A stretch of DNA of 39,300 nucleotides. It comes from Gemmatimonadota bacterium. GTDB lineage: Bacteria; Gemmatimonadota; Gemmatimonadetes; Palauibacterales; Palauibacteraceae. The stretch lies in the NCBI GenBank assembly GCA_046758745.1, contig JBHIAV010000028.1, positions 1-39,300 of the forward strand, read 5' to 3'. Below, in pieces: positions 28,089 through 37,931 of the stretch; within the stretch, counting starts at the first letter, position 1, and every line of letters starts with the position of its first letter. The notes under the pieces are model-generated. The model had not been told where the DNA came from. It saw nothing but the letters and a program-made list of their open reading frames with translations, and made no database searches. A program made the translations under genes and the position numbers.

Positions 28089-28463
28089 GATTCCTCGCCC
28101 CCTCTCGCAATCCTGATTCGCCGCATGGCATGGCCTGCGGACTGCACTTTCGCTCTTCCAGGCACCGGCCGAGGCGCCGCTCGCCGCCCGTCGCGCGCCG
28201 GCTGTCGCGCCACCCGGGAATCCATCGCGCGCCTTTCACCGGTGACATGTCAAATATCGCCCAGGCGTCCTTGCCCGTCTGTCGGGCGAAGATTGGCTCT
28301 TCCTGTAGGAATCCCTGGAACGCCGCCGTCGGTATTCGTGGAAGAGGGGGGGCGGACGGAAGGGGAAGCCGTGGGCCGCCTTCGGAGGAAGAGGAAACGG
28401 CGGCACAACGTGCCGGCTGGCAGGCTCAGGGCGGCGTGCCTGCGGCCGGGATCCCGGTCGACG

Positions 28464-29117
28464 CTACGATTCTCTCAGGAGGCCCACACGGAGGGCGAAC
28501 CGCACCACTTCCGAGCGATGGCTGAGACCGAGCTTCTCCATGGCCCGGGAGCGGTAGGTGGCCACCGTCTTCTCCGAAATGGACAGCTTCTTGGCGATCT
28601 CGCGGGCGCTGAATCCTTCGGCGGTCAGGCTCAGAACGGACTGTTCGCGGGGGGTGAGACTGTGGAGCGCGTTCGTCTCGCTGGCCGTCCCGGCCTTGTA
28701 CTCCTCGAGCAGGAGCCTGGTGGCTCGCGGCGGGAGGTATACCTCGCCGCGGGCTACGACCCGGATCGCTTCGATCAGCTCATGATCCGCTATCGACTTG
28801 GTCACGAAGCCGTCGGCCCCCGCCTCCACTGCCGGAAGGAGGTACTCCTCGACGTTGTGCATCGTCAGCACGAGCACGGAAGTGTCCAACTCCAGCGCGG
28901 CTAGCAGTCGAACCGCCTCGAGACCGTCGGAACCCTCCATCGATAGGTCCATCACGACGACATCGGGACGAAGGGAACGCGCCAGCTCGACGGCCTCGTC
29001 GCCGGTCGACGCTTCCCCGATCACGGTGATCTCCGGGTCCGTCTCGAGCAGGGCGCGAATGCCGGCCCGAAACAGGGCGTGGTCGTCGGCGAGCAGGATC
29101 TTGATCGGCTCACTCAT
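28464..29117 (-). CDS. NarL/LuxR-family response regulator
   Basis: ILLADDH, PDVVVMDLSM, VLTMH, GFVTK; HTH LTPREQSVL...ISEKTVATYRSRAMEKL. Confidence 0.95.
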   Translation of the reverse strand: MSEPIKILLADDHALFRAGIRALLETDPEITVIGEASTGDEAVELARSLRPDVVVMDLSMEGSDGLEAVRLLAALELDTSVLVLTMHNVEEYLLPAVEAGADGFVTKSIADHELIEAIRVVARGEVYLPPRATRLLLEEYKAGTASETNALHSLTPREQSVLSLTAEGFSAREIAKKLSISEKTVATYRSRAMEKLGLSHRSEVVRFALRVGLLRES

Positions 29118-29210
29118 CGGACGGGAAACATAGAAGGGGCAGACCGCCCGGACTAGAACGCGGTTCCCCGGCGGAGGTGGTGGTGGACGGTCATCCGCCC
29201 CCGACGTAGG

Positions 29211-30386
29211 ATGAGGCTCACGCCATCAGCCCCGTCATCGCGCGGAGCGCTTCTCATGCCGCGACCGCCTTCGGATCAGGGGCCGCTTCCGGAGGATCCG
29301 CCTCGGAGCGACTCCCACGTAGCCAGGAGCTCCTGGCTGCTGTCGCTGCCGGGAGTCGCGCCGCTGCTCAGGCTACCGCTCTTCTACAAGATCGTGATCG
29401 GGAACGCGGTCATCGTCGCGCTCGGGGCGAGCCTCGGTACCGCGATCACGCTCCGATCCGCCCGGGTGGCGCCAAGCCTCTCTCCGCTTCAGCTGATTGG
29501 GCTCTTCACGGTCGCAGGCCTGCTGATCAGCACGCTGGTCAATACGATCCTGGTTCGGCTGGCTCTTCGACCCCTGGCGCAGCTGGAGGCCACGGCCGAG
29601 CGCGTGAAGCAGGACGATCTGGAAGCGCGCGCACCCGATTCACCGGTGGCGGACGCCCGGCTTGCGCGACTGGTCCACCTGTTCAACGAGATGCTGGACA
29701 CGGTCTCGCTCGATCGCAGCAGGCTTCGCAGCCTCGCCCTTCGGGCGTTCGAGGCGGAGGAAGCCGAACGAAGCCGAATCGCCAGGGAGCTGCACGACGG
29801 CTCGGCCCAGGATCTGGCCCTGCTCATGGTCAGGATCGAGGTCGCCGCCAAGTCGCTCGCTCGAGACGAGGACAGGTCCATCCTCGATGAAATACGCCAG
29901 GAGGCACACAAGATCCTGGAGGGACTCCGACGCACGGCCCGCGGGCTGCGTCCTCCCGAGCTGAGTGAGCTCGGAGTCTCCGCGGCACTGCAGTCCCACG
30001 CCCGGCTCGTGAGAGAGACGACCGATCTCATCGTACACTTCACCGCCGATCCGGTAGAACCGTGTCTTTCCCATCAGGAAAGCCTCGCCATCTATCGCGT
30101 GGTCCAGGAAGCTCTCTCGAACGTGGTCCGACATGCCCGAGCCAGCGAGGTGCATATCCGGGTTTCGCACGAGCCGGAGAGGATCGTGGCAGAGGTCAGG
30201 GACGATGGAATCGGGTTCGACGTCGAGGAGCAGGTAGGACGCAGCGAGCGAGGTCTCGGCCTGTTCGGCATGCAGGAGCGCGCCGCCTACGTGGGAGGGC
30301 GGGTCGTGGTGGAGAGCGAGCCGGGATCCGGCACGCGGGTCCAAATGGAAATCCCGTGTGTCCACGACGCCGAAGGCGGCATGTGA
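29211..30386 (+). CDS. HAMP + HisKA_3 sensor histidine kinase
   Basis: Two TMs, HAMP domain, ERSRIARELHD, LRPPEL, YRVVQEALSNVVRHA, DDGIGFD, GLGLFGMQER. Start at 29211 or 29256. Confidence 0.93.
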   Translation: MRLTPSAPSSRGALLMPRPPSDQGPLPEDPPRSDSHVARSSWLLSLPGVAPLLRLPLFYKIVIGNAVIVALGASLGTAITLRSARVAPSLSPLQLIGLFTVAGLLISTLVNTILVRLALRPLAQLEATAERVKQDDLEARAPDSPVADARLARLVHLFNEMLDTVSLDRSRLRSLALRAFEAEEAERSRIARELHDGSAQDLALLMVRIEVAAKSLARDEDRSILDEIRQEAHKILEGLRRTARGLRPPELSELGVSAALQSHARLVRETTDLIVHFTADPVEPCLSHQESLAIYRVVQEALSNVVRHARASEVHIRVSHEPERIVAEVRDDGIGFDVEEQVGRSERGLGLFGMQERAAYVGGRVVVESEPGSGTRVQMEIPCVHDAEGGM

Positions 30387-30494
30387 TGCGCCCGACACCG
30401 GCTGTGTGCACCTAGGTCGGGTCGGGCAGCAGGGAGCCCGAGGTGAGCAGGTACGTCCTCATGCGGCTCCTCGAATCGCTCCGACCGGCGGACC

Positions 30495-32444
30495 TCAGCC
30501 GCCCGGCCTCCGCCACACGTTGTTGTCGCGATCCACATCCGGGTAGACGCGGCGCGGATCGATCTCCGCCTCCACGAGCACCGCTCCGCTTCGGATCCGG
30601 TAGACGAACTCCGGGCCGAGGTTCCACATCTCGACCGGCAGGCGAACGATCTCCTCGCGGCCGTTCGCGTACGCGAGCCGCAGCTCTGCCGGCATGAGCA
30701 TCTCGCCACGGCTGCGGATGCGGAGCTCCGCCCCGTCGCCCCCCTCGTTCGCGCTCACCCCCTCGATCGCCTGGTCCAGACGGGCCGTCGTGTAGATCCA
30801 GCCTCGCCAGAACCAATCCAGATCCATCCCGGCGGCGTCCTCCATGAGACGGATGAAGTCGGCGGGGCCGGGATGCTTGAAGCTCCACGCCTCGGTGTAC
30901 TCCCGCAGCGCCCGGTCGAACCGCGCCGCGCCTATCACCTCCGTCCGCAACAGGTGGAGCATCAGGGCGGGCTTGAAGTATGCCGCCCAGTAGAGGTCGT
31001 GTTGCTCTACCGGACGGTGAGCCATCGGTTGCTCCTGACCCGGCCGGGCATGGATCGGATACAGGTGCAACGGCTGCCACGTCACGGTGTCGCCGTAGGC
31101 CTCGCCCCGGAAGTACTCCTGGACCGAGCCGATGTTGATGAAGGTGTTGAAGCCCTCATCCATCCACGGGTGAAGGCGCTCGTTCGTGCCAACCAGCATC
31201 GGGTACCACTCGTGACCGAGCTCGTGCGTGAGCACGAAGAACAGCTCCTCGCGCGACTCGTACGAAGGCACGAAGGTCAGCATCGGGTATTCCATCCCTT
31301 CGATCGGGCCCTCGACCGTCGTGGCATGCGGCCACGGGTAGCGCGCCAGCCGCTCCGAGTAATGCCGGATCGACTCGCGCGCCATCCGGTTCGCTTCCTC
31401 CCACGGGGTCGCTTCCGGCCGGTAGAAAGTCTGGATCAGGATTCCTTCCCATTCGCTCGCGTCCCATCGGAAATCCGGGGCCATGGCGAAAGCGAAATCA
31501 CGCACGTTTCGAGCCGCGAAGCGCCAGGTTCTGGGGCCGCCCGTCGCGGGCCTGCGCCGCGCGTCGAGGGCCTCTTCCTTGGTGATGACCGCCACGGGCT
31601 TCTGGGAGGCACGCGCCCGTTCCAGCCGCTCGCGCTGGGGCGTCGTCAGCACTTCTTCCGGGTTCTGCAGGGTGCCCGTCGCAGCGACCACGAAGCCCGC
31701 CGGCAGGGTCAACGCGACGTCGAAGTCACCGTACTCCTGATAGAACTCGCCGGCGCCGAGGAACGGGTCGGTGTTCCATCCGTCCAGGTCGTCGTACACG
31801 GCCAGGCGCGGGTACCACTGCGCCACTTCATACAGCATCCCGTCGCGGCCCATGCGGGCATTCCCGTACTCCGGAATCGTCCAGCTCCACTCGAGCTCGA
31901 GTTCGACGGTCCCTCCCGGCGGCAGCGGCTGGGGGAGGTCCACCCGCATCGTGCTCTCGAGCACGTCGCGGTGGAGCTCGCGTCCTCCGGAGGTGACATG
32001 CTCGATGCGGAGTCCGCTCCCCCCGTGGCACGAGAAGTCGAGCAGCGCGTCGCCGAACCGCAGTGGCGGCTGCTCGAGCCGCCGGGTGATGCTCTCCTCG
32101 GCGCACAGATTGGCGTCCAGCTTCAGCCACAGGAACGGGAGCCGGTCCGGCGAGTTGTTGCGGTATCGGATCTGCTCGCTTCCGTGCAGCCGGTGGGTGC
32201 CCGTGTCGACCGACGCGGCGATGCGATAGTCGACCTTCTGCTGCCAGTAGCCCGCTCCGGGGCGGCCGCTGCCCGTGCGCATCGCGTTGGGAGTGGGAAG
32301 ATCCAGCGGCCGAAAGGGCGACGGTCCCGTCCAGCCCGCCGTCTCCTGCGCTCGGGCCGTGGGCGGAGCGAGGGGGAGACCGGCCAGGGCGAGGCATGTG
32401 GCGAGCCTCGGCCACGCCGAGCGTGAGGGATTCCCGTACGTCAC
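30495..32444 (-). CDS. Exported M1-family zinc metallopeptidase
   Basis: GTG 32444 after AGGAG; signal peptide ARA|Q; GMEYP, HELGH...WMDEG, AAYFKP. Confidence 0.92.
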   Translation of the reverse strand: MTYGNPSRSAWPRLATCLALAGLPLAPPTARAQETAGWTGPSPFRPLDLPTPNAMRTGSGRPGAGYWQQKVDYRIAASVDTGTHRLHGSEQIRYRNNSPDRLPFLWLKLDANLCAEESITRRLEQPPLRFGDALLDFSCHGGSGLRIEHVTSGGRELHRDVLESTMRVDLPQPLPPGGTVELELEWSWTIPEYGNARMGRDGMLYEVAQWYPRLAVYDDLDGWNTDPFLGAGEFYQEYGDFDVALTLPAGFVVAATGTLQNPEEVLTTPQRERLERARASQKPVAVITKEEALDARRRPATGGPRTWRFAARNVRDFAFAMAPDFRWDASEWEGILIQTFYRPEATPWEEANRMARESIRHYSERLARYPWPHATTVEGPIEGMEYPMLTFVPSYESREELFFVLTHELGHEWYPMLVGTNERLHPWMDEGFNTFINIGSVQEYFRGEAYGDTVTWQPLHLYPIHARPGQEQPMAHRPVEQHDLYWAAYFKPALMLHLLRTEVIGAARFDRALREYTEAWSFKHPGPADFIRLMEDAAGMDLDWFWRGWIYTTARLDQAIEGVSANEGGDGAELRIRSRGEMLMPAELRLAYANGREEIVRLPVEMWNLGPEFVYRIRSGAVLVEAEIDPRRVYPDVDRDNNVWRRPGG

Positions 32445-32725
32445 GTGAGAACTCCTGGAGAGGCAGCGAGATCGATGGTCAAGGCAGTGCTGCTCCCTGT
32501 TCTTCCGGACTGTTCTGGATCTACTCTCCATGATAGCTTGTGGGCTTGGATTCCCGTGCCTGCTCCAGGTGTGGCCGTGCAACTGTGGAACTTCTCGTCG
32601 CGCTTCGATCCTGGCAACCGAGCCGCGACAGGGTAATGCGGCAGAACCGCCGGCGGGCCCTGCAACGCTGCCGCCCCCCCTGCCCGACCGCCATCGCCGG
32701 CGCATCGTGTAGCTAGGAGCCCGGC

Positions 32726-35700
32726 ATGCGCATCTCACGTCGCAACTTCCTGAAGATCGGAGGCGCCACCGGCCTCTGCCTCGCGTTCGGCAGCCGGAAC
32801 GCACGCGCCCAGGTCACCTCCCGGGTCGAGAACCTCAAGATCCTGAACGCCAAGGAGACGAGGGTCATCTGCCCGTTCTGCTCCGTGGGTTGCGGCGCGA
32901 TCATCCACTCGCAGGAGGGGCGGATGATCAACATAGAGGGCGACGCCGAGCACCCGATCAACCGGGGCACACTCTGTCCGAAGGGTGCGGGCGCGATCCA
33001 GTTGGGCGGTAACTCGCCCACGCGCTTTCTGAAGCCGCTCTACCGAGCCCCGCACTCCCGCGAGTGGGAGGAGAAGAGCTGGGAGTGGATCATCGAACGG
33101 ATCGCCCAGCTGATCAAGAAGACCCGGGACGAGTCGTTCGAGCGCACGAACCGGCGAGGTCAAGTCGTCAATCGGATGCAGGGCTTCGCGTTCATCGGCG
33201 GGTCCTGCAATCACAACGAGGAGTGTTACGCCTGGCTCAAGCTGCTGCGCTCGTGGGGCGTGGTGAACATCGACAACCACGCCCGTATCTGCCACTCGCC
33301 CACCGTTCCCGCGCTCGCAGAAACGTTCGGCCGCGGCGCCATGACCAATCACCCGATCGACATCCGGAACACGGACTGCGCCATGATCCTCGGCTCCAAC
33401 ATGGCCGAGAACCATCCCTGCGCCTTCCCGTTCGTGCAGCAAGCGATGCGGGAGCGCGGCGCGCCGCTGATCGTGGTGGATCCTCGCTTCAACCGAACCG
33501 CGGCGCACGCGACGCTCTTCGCGGAGATTCGCCCCGGAACCGATGTCGCGTTCCTCGGCGGCCTGCTCCGCTACATCATCGAGAACAAGCGGTATCACGA
33601 AGAATACGTGAAGTGGTACACGAACGCCGCCTACATCGTTGACGGAGACTTCAAGACCGGCACCGATCTCGACGGGATCTTCCCCGGCCTCCACCTCGTC
33701 AGCCTGGACGGCCGGGACGTGGGCGTCACCGACGGCCAGGCCATCGGCGGTGTGGCCGGCGGTCAGGTGAGGCGCGGTTACTATGACCGGAGCAGCTGGC
33801 GCTACATGTCGCGGAACGGCCGCTCGGAGGGGCCCGCGTACTACACTCGCCTACAGCCGCAAGCCAAGCTCGCCCTGGTCGATCGGACGCTGCGCAGTCC
33901 GCAGTGCGTCTTCCAACTGCTGCGGCGCCATTTCTCCCGCTACACGCCGGAGAAGGTGTCGCGGACGACGGGCATCCCGCAGGACCTCCTGCTGACGATC
34001 TACGACACATTCAGCGAGACAGGAGCGCCGGACAAAGCGGGCTGTGTGATGTACGCGATGGGGCAGACCCAGCACACGACGGGGGTTCAGAACATCCGGA
34101 TGCTGGGCCTGGTCCAGCTCCTTCTGGGCAACATCGGCAAGGCGGGCGGCGGCGTGAATGCGCTGCGCGGCCATTCGAACGTGCAGGGCGCAACCGACAA
34201 TCCGGTACTCTATCACATCTTGCCGGGCTACCTGGCGATGCCGAAGGCGAGCCAACAGAGCTGGGAGGCCTACCTGCGGGCGATCACACCGGCGGAGGTC
34301 CAGCCGGCCGACGGAGGCCCCCGCGCCTTGAACTACTGGAAGAACACACCGGCCTTCGCTTCCAGCATGTGGAAGGCGTGGTGGGGTGAGGCGGCCCGAC
34401 CCGACAACGGCTTCGCCTACCACTACATGCCGAAGCTGGAGAGCGATCCGGCGACCCAGCAGATCGAGGATCGCTACGATCACATCTCGATCTTCCACAA
34501 GATGGATCGCGGCATCGTGAAGGGGCTGTGGCTGATGGGCCAGAACCCGGCGGTGGGCGGCCCCAACGCCGCGTTCGAGCGGAAGGCGATGCGCAACCTC
34601 GACTTCCTGGTGGTGCACGACTTCCACGAGAGCGAGTCCGCATCGGTGTGGCAGGAGGTCAGCGATCCCGGCATCGACCCCGAGCAGGTGAAGACGGAGG
34701 TCTTCCTGATCCCCGCCGCCGGCCCGTTCGAACGGGAAGGCTCGAAGACGCACACGGGCCGCTGGATCCAGTGGTTTCACCCGGCCGTGCGGCCGTACGG
34801 GCAGTCGAAGGACGAGATCGAAGTCGCCACGCTCCTGCACTTCAAGGTCAAGGAGCTCTACGAGAGAGAGGGTGGCGCCTTCCCCGAACCGGTGGTCCAT
34901 CTCACCTGGAACTTCCACGGCGAAGGTCCGGCCGTCCCACCCGCGGGTCCCTTCGAGCACCCGAGCGCGCAAGCCGTAGCCCGGGAGATCAACGGCTATG
35001 CGCTGGCGGACATCCGCCTCTCCGACGGGACGCTCATCCGCAAGGGGGAGCAGCTCCCCGGCTTCCATGCGCTGCGAGCCGACGGCACCACGGCCTGCGG
35101 GAACTGGCTGTACAGCGGCTATTACACGGAAGAGGGCAACCTGTCCGCCCGGCGGAACCCCGACGACCCGGCGGGCATGGGGAACCATCCGGGCTGGGCG
35201 TTCTCGTGGCCGGCGAACCGGCGCATCCTGTACAACCGGGCCTCGGTGGATCTCAAGGGTCGGCCGTGGGATCCGACGCGGCCGGTGATCTGGTGGACGG
35301 GAAGCGAGTGGGCCGGCGATGTGCCCGACGGCGGAGCGCCGCCGGGGGCGATCTCTCCCTTCATCATGAAGCCCGAGGGGGTGGGCCGACTGTTCGGCCC
35401 CGGACGCGTGGACGGGCCCTTCCCGGAGCACTACGAGCCGTTCGAGAGCCAGGTGCCCAACCTTCTCTCCTCCGTGCAAACGAACCCGGTGGTGTGGCGA
35501 TGGGACAACGTCGATCCCGAGGCGACGCCGCTGGCTCTGTTCGACTCGCCGGAGAGAGCGGATTATCCCCACGTCTGCAGCACATGGCGGCTCACGGAAT
35601 ACCTGACATCGATGAGCCGCAACGTCACCTGGCTGGCCCAGCTCCAGCCGCAGATGTTCGTCGAGATCTCGAAGGAGCTGGGCGAGGAGCTCGGGATCGA

Positions 35701-36100
35701 GACCGGCGAGATCGTGGCGGTCGCCTCGAAACGAGGCCGGGTGGTCTGCCGCGCACTCGTCACTCCCAGGGTGTGGCCGCTCCAGGTAGACGGCCGGACG
35801 CTGCACATCGTCGGCATGCCCTGGCACTGGGGTTACAAGGGCTTCATCACCGGCGACATCGCGAACAACAGCACCCCCGACATCGGCGACCCGAACACAC
35901 AGATCGAGGAAGCCAAGGCGTTCCTGGTGCGGGTTGAAAAAGCCACCGAGGCCGACATGCGGCGTCACGAGCAGATCCTCGCCTCGGCGGAGTGGCCCGG
36001 CAAGCCGAGACTCGGCGCGATCGGGCGCTCCGAGCGATCCGTACGGGAATTCAACAGAACGAGCGAGAGCACCGGGGCGGTGGATCGTCCCACGAGATAA
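32726..36100 (+). CDS. fdnG: Formate dehydrogenase-N-type alpha subunit (Mo/W-bisPGD, Tat-exported, Cys variant)
   Basis: Tat signal SRRNFLK; CPFCSVGC..CPKG; ARICHSPTV; GRGAMTN; LRGHSNVQG; WAFSWPANRRILYNRAS; GPFPEHYEP. Confidence 0.95.
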   Translation: MRISRRNFLKIGGATGLCLAFGSRNARAQVTSRVENLKILNAKETRVICPFCSVGCGAIIHSQEGRMINIEGDAEHPINRGTLCPKGAGAIQLGGNSPTRFLKPLYRAPHSREWEEKSWEWIIERIAQLIKKTRDESFERTNRRGQVVNRMQGFAFIGGSCNHNEECYAWLKLLRSWGVVNIDNHARICHSPTVPALAETFGRGAMTNHPIDIRNTDCAMILGSNMAENHPCAFPFVQQAMRERGAPLIVVDPRFNRTAAHATLFAEIRPGTDVAFLGGLLRYIIENKRYHEEYVKWYTNAAYIVDGDFKTGTDLDGIFPGLHLVSLDGRDVGVTDGQAIGGVAGGQVRRGYYDRSSWRYMSRNGRSEGPAYYTRLQPQAKLALVDRTLRSPQCVFQLLRRHFSRYTPEKVSRTTGIPQDLLLTIYDTFSETGAPDKAGCVMYAMGQTQHTTGVQNIRMLGLVQLLLGNIGKAGGGVNALRGHSNVQGATDNPVLYHILPGYLAMPKASQQSWEAYLRAITPAEVQPADGGPRALNYWKNTPAFASSMWKAWWGEAARPDNGFAYHYMPKLESDPATQQIEDRYDHISIFHKMDRGIVKGLWLMGQNPAVGGPNAAFERKAMRNLDFLVVHDFHESESASVWQEVSDPGIDPEQVKTEVFLIPAAGPFEREGSKTHTGRWIQWFHPAVRPYGQSKDEIEVATLLHFKVKELYEREGGAFPEPVVHLTWNFHGEGPAVPPAGPFEHPSAQAVAREINGYALADIRLSDGTLIRKGEQLPGFHALRADGTTACGNWLYSGYYTEEGNLSARRNPDDPAGMGNHPGWAFSWPANRRILYNRASVDLKGRPWDPTRPVIWWTGSEWAGDVPDGGAPPGAISPFIMKPEGVGRLFGPGRVDGPFPEHYEPFESQVPNLLSSVQTNPVVWRWDNVDPEATPLALFDSPERADYPHVCSTWRLTEYLTSMSRNVTWLAQLQPQMFVEISKELGEELGIETGEIVAVASKRGRVVCRALVTPRVWPLQVDGRTLHIVGMPWHWGYKGFITGDIANNSTPDIGDPNTQIEEAKAFLVRVEKATEADMRRHEQILASAEWPGKPRLGAIGRSERSVREFNRTSESTGAVDRPTR

Positions 36101-36129
36101 GACCCGGTGGATCGTCCCACGAGGTAAGA
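36078..36129. repeat. Direct duplication (27-bp period) of the fdnG 3' end including its stop codon
   Basis: cggtggatcgtcccacgagataaga (36078-36102) and cggtggatcgtcccacgaggtaaga (36105-36129). Confidence 0.9.
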
Positions 36130-36145
36130 TGGAGGGGGGCCGCTG

Positions 36146-37141
36146 ATGGCTACCCAGTCACGGCAACAGCGATTCCAGGACTATCCGGGGGCGCTGCCCC
36201 GCAGCGGGGACATGCTGTCGAGACGTCAGGGGATGTTGTACGACATGACCCGGTGCATCGGCTGCCAGGCATGCACCGTGGCGTGCAAGCAGTGGTTCGA
36301 TCATCACCCCACCTTCGATGAGCCCGGGCTCGAGCAGGCCCTCAACGCCCCCCACGTGGATAGCGAGCTGCCGCCCTCCTTCCAGTCGCTCAACGACCTC
36401 ACCTGGCAGGACTACACGATGATGCGGTTCTACGAGGTCGAGCACGAGGGACCGGTGGCGGGGGGTAGCCGGGTGAGCTGGCACTTCCTGAAGGACGCGT
36501 GCCACCACTGCGGGTACGCGCCGTGCGCGGCCGTGTGTCCGGTGGACGCCATCGCGCAGATGGAGAGCGGCCAGATCGTCATCGATCAGGAGGTATGTAT
36601 CGGCTGCGGCTACTGCGTGAACGGCTGCTGGGCCAACATCCCGCGCCTCAGCCCGGAGACCGGGAAGGCCTACAAGTGCGACCTCTGCTACGATCGCACC
36701 TCACACGGCCTCGAGCCCATGTGCGCGAAGGCGTGCCCCACCGACACCATCACCTTCGGCTATCTCGAAGACCTGCGCGAGATCGCCGAGCGGCGCGTCG
36801 AGGAGTACAACCAGCTCAAGCCCGAAGGCGCGCACTCGGCGTGGATCTACGACAACCGCGACGACCTGGAAGGCATGGGCGTCTTCTACGTACTGAACGC
36901 GCCGATAGAGGTTTACGAAGGTCCGACTATCCCCCGGGAGCCCAAGGTGCCCACTCTGGTGGCTGCCTGGCAGACCCTGCTGAAGCCGCTGGGCTGGCTC
37001 TCGTTCTGGGGAATGGTGGGTGCGACGTTCTTCCACTACATCACCTTCGGTCCGAAGCGGCTCCCGGAGCCCGAGACGCTGGAGCCCGAGACGCTGGAGA
37101 GCGTGGGCGCGGGGACGTCCGCCGAGGAAGCGGAGCGGTAG
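36146..37141 (+). CDS. fdnH: Formate dehydrogenase iron-sulfur beta subunit
   Basis: CIGCQACTVAC, CHHC...CAAVCP, CIGCGYCVNGC, KCDLC...CAKACP; C-terminal TM ending FHYITFGPK. Confidence 0.95.
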   Translation: MATQSRQQRFQDYPGALPRSGDMLSRRQGMLYDMTRCIGCQACTVACKQWFDHHPTFDEPGLEQALNAPHVDSELPPSFQSLNDLTWQDYTMMRFYEVEHEGPVAGGSRVSWHFLKDACHHCGYAPCAAVCPVDAIAQMESGQIVIDQEVCIGCGYCVNGCWANIPRLSPETGKAYKCDLCYDRTSHGLEPMCAKACPTDTITFGYLEDLREIAERRVEEYNQLKPEGAHSAWIYDNRDDLEGMGVFYVLNAPIEVYEGPTIPREPKVPTLVAAWQTLLKPLGWLSFWGMVGATFFHYITFGPKRLPEPETLEPETLESVGAGTSAEEAER

Positions 37142-37145
37142 AGCG

Positions 37146-37931
37146 GTGGAAGGGAGAAGCGAACGGTACGGCGGGGGCGTCGAGGCCGCCGACCGTGGTG
37201 CCCGCGCGGCGGCGGCCGCTTGGGACGAGCGGGTCCATCGCTTCTCGGTTCTGGAGCGCGCGCTTCACTGGATCATGGCGGCGGCCGGGATCGTCTGCAT
37301 CCTCACCGGGCTCGGCTGGTACACCCAGGGCTTCCACTTCCTGCTCACCTGGTTCGGCGGTGGTGAGTGGGCGCGCTGGATTCACAGCGTATCGGGGATC
37401 GTGACGACCGTCTGCGCCGTGTGGCTGATCGGCGTGCTCTGGTTCCGCCACGTCTTCCGGTTCATCCCGGAGGATTGGCGATGGCTCAAGATCTCGGGCG
37501 GCTATCTCCGGCGACACACCCACCCGCCGGCCGGCCGGGCATCGAAGGCCCGGCGTCCCGGTTCGAATGGGGAGATACCGCCGCAAGGGTTCTTCAACGG
37601 CGGCCAGAAGCTGTGGGCCATCCTCGCCGTCATCCTGGCCGTCCTCTTCCTGGGAAGCGGCCTGGTGATCTGGTCGCCGGAGCTCTTCCACGACTTCCTG
37701 GGGTTGCAACCGTTCTCGGTCCCGGTGATGCGGGCCATGTACATCATCCACGACGCGGCCTTCCTCGTGTTCGCGCCCATGGTCCTGTTTCACATCTACC
37801 TGAGCAGCGCCCTCAACCCGGGTACTTTCGAGGGGATGAGCGGGGGCGACGTCAGCCGGCTGTGGGCTCTGCACCATCATCCTCTCTGGTACCGCGAAGT
37901 CGCGGGCGAGGATCGCCTCGGCGAGGAGTGA
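37146..37931 (+). CDS. fdnI: Formate dehydrogenase cytochrome b gamma subunit
   Basis: ERALHW, RWIH, GFFNGGQK, IIHD, FHIY (four heme His), WALHHHPLWY. GTG start at 37146 inferred. Confidence 0.92.
   Translation: MEGRSERYGGGVEAADRGARAAAAAWDERVHRFSVLERALHWIMAAAGIVCILTGLGWYTQGFHFLLTWFGGGEWARWIHSVSGIVTTVCAVWLIGVLWFRHVFRFIPEDWRWLKISGGYLRRHTHPPAGRASKARRPGSNGEIPPQGFFNGGQKLWAILAVILAVLFLGSGLVIWSPELFHDFLGLQPFSVPVMRAMYIIHDAAFLVFAPMVLFHIYLSSALNPGTFEGMSGGDVSRLWALHHHPLWYREVAGEDRLGEE

Noticed and set aside
33290-33340. Selenocysteine/SECIS in fdnG
   Set aside because: The active-site codon is TGC (Cys) and the frame has no internal TGA.
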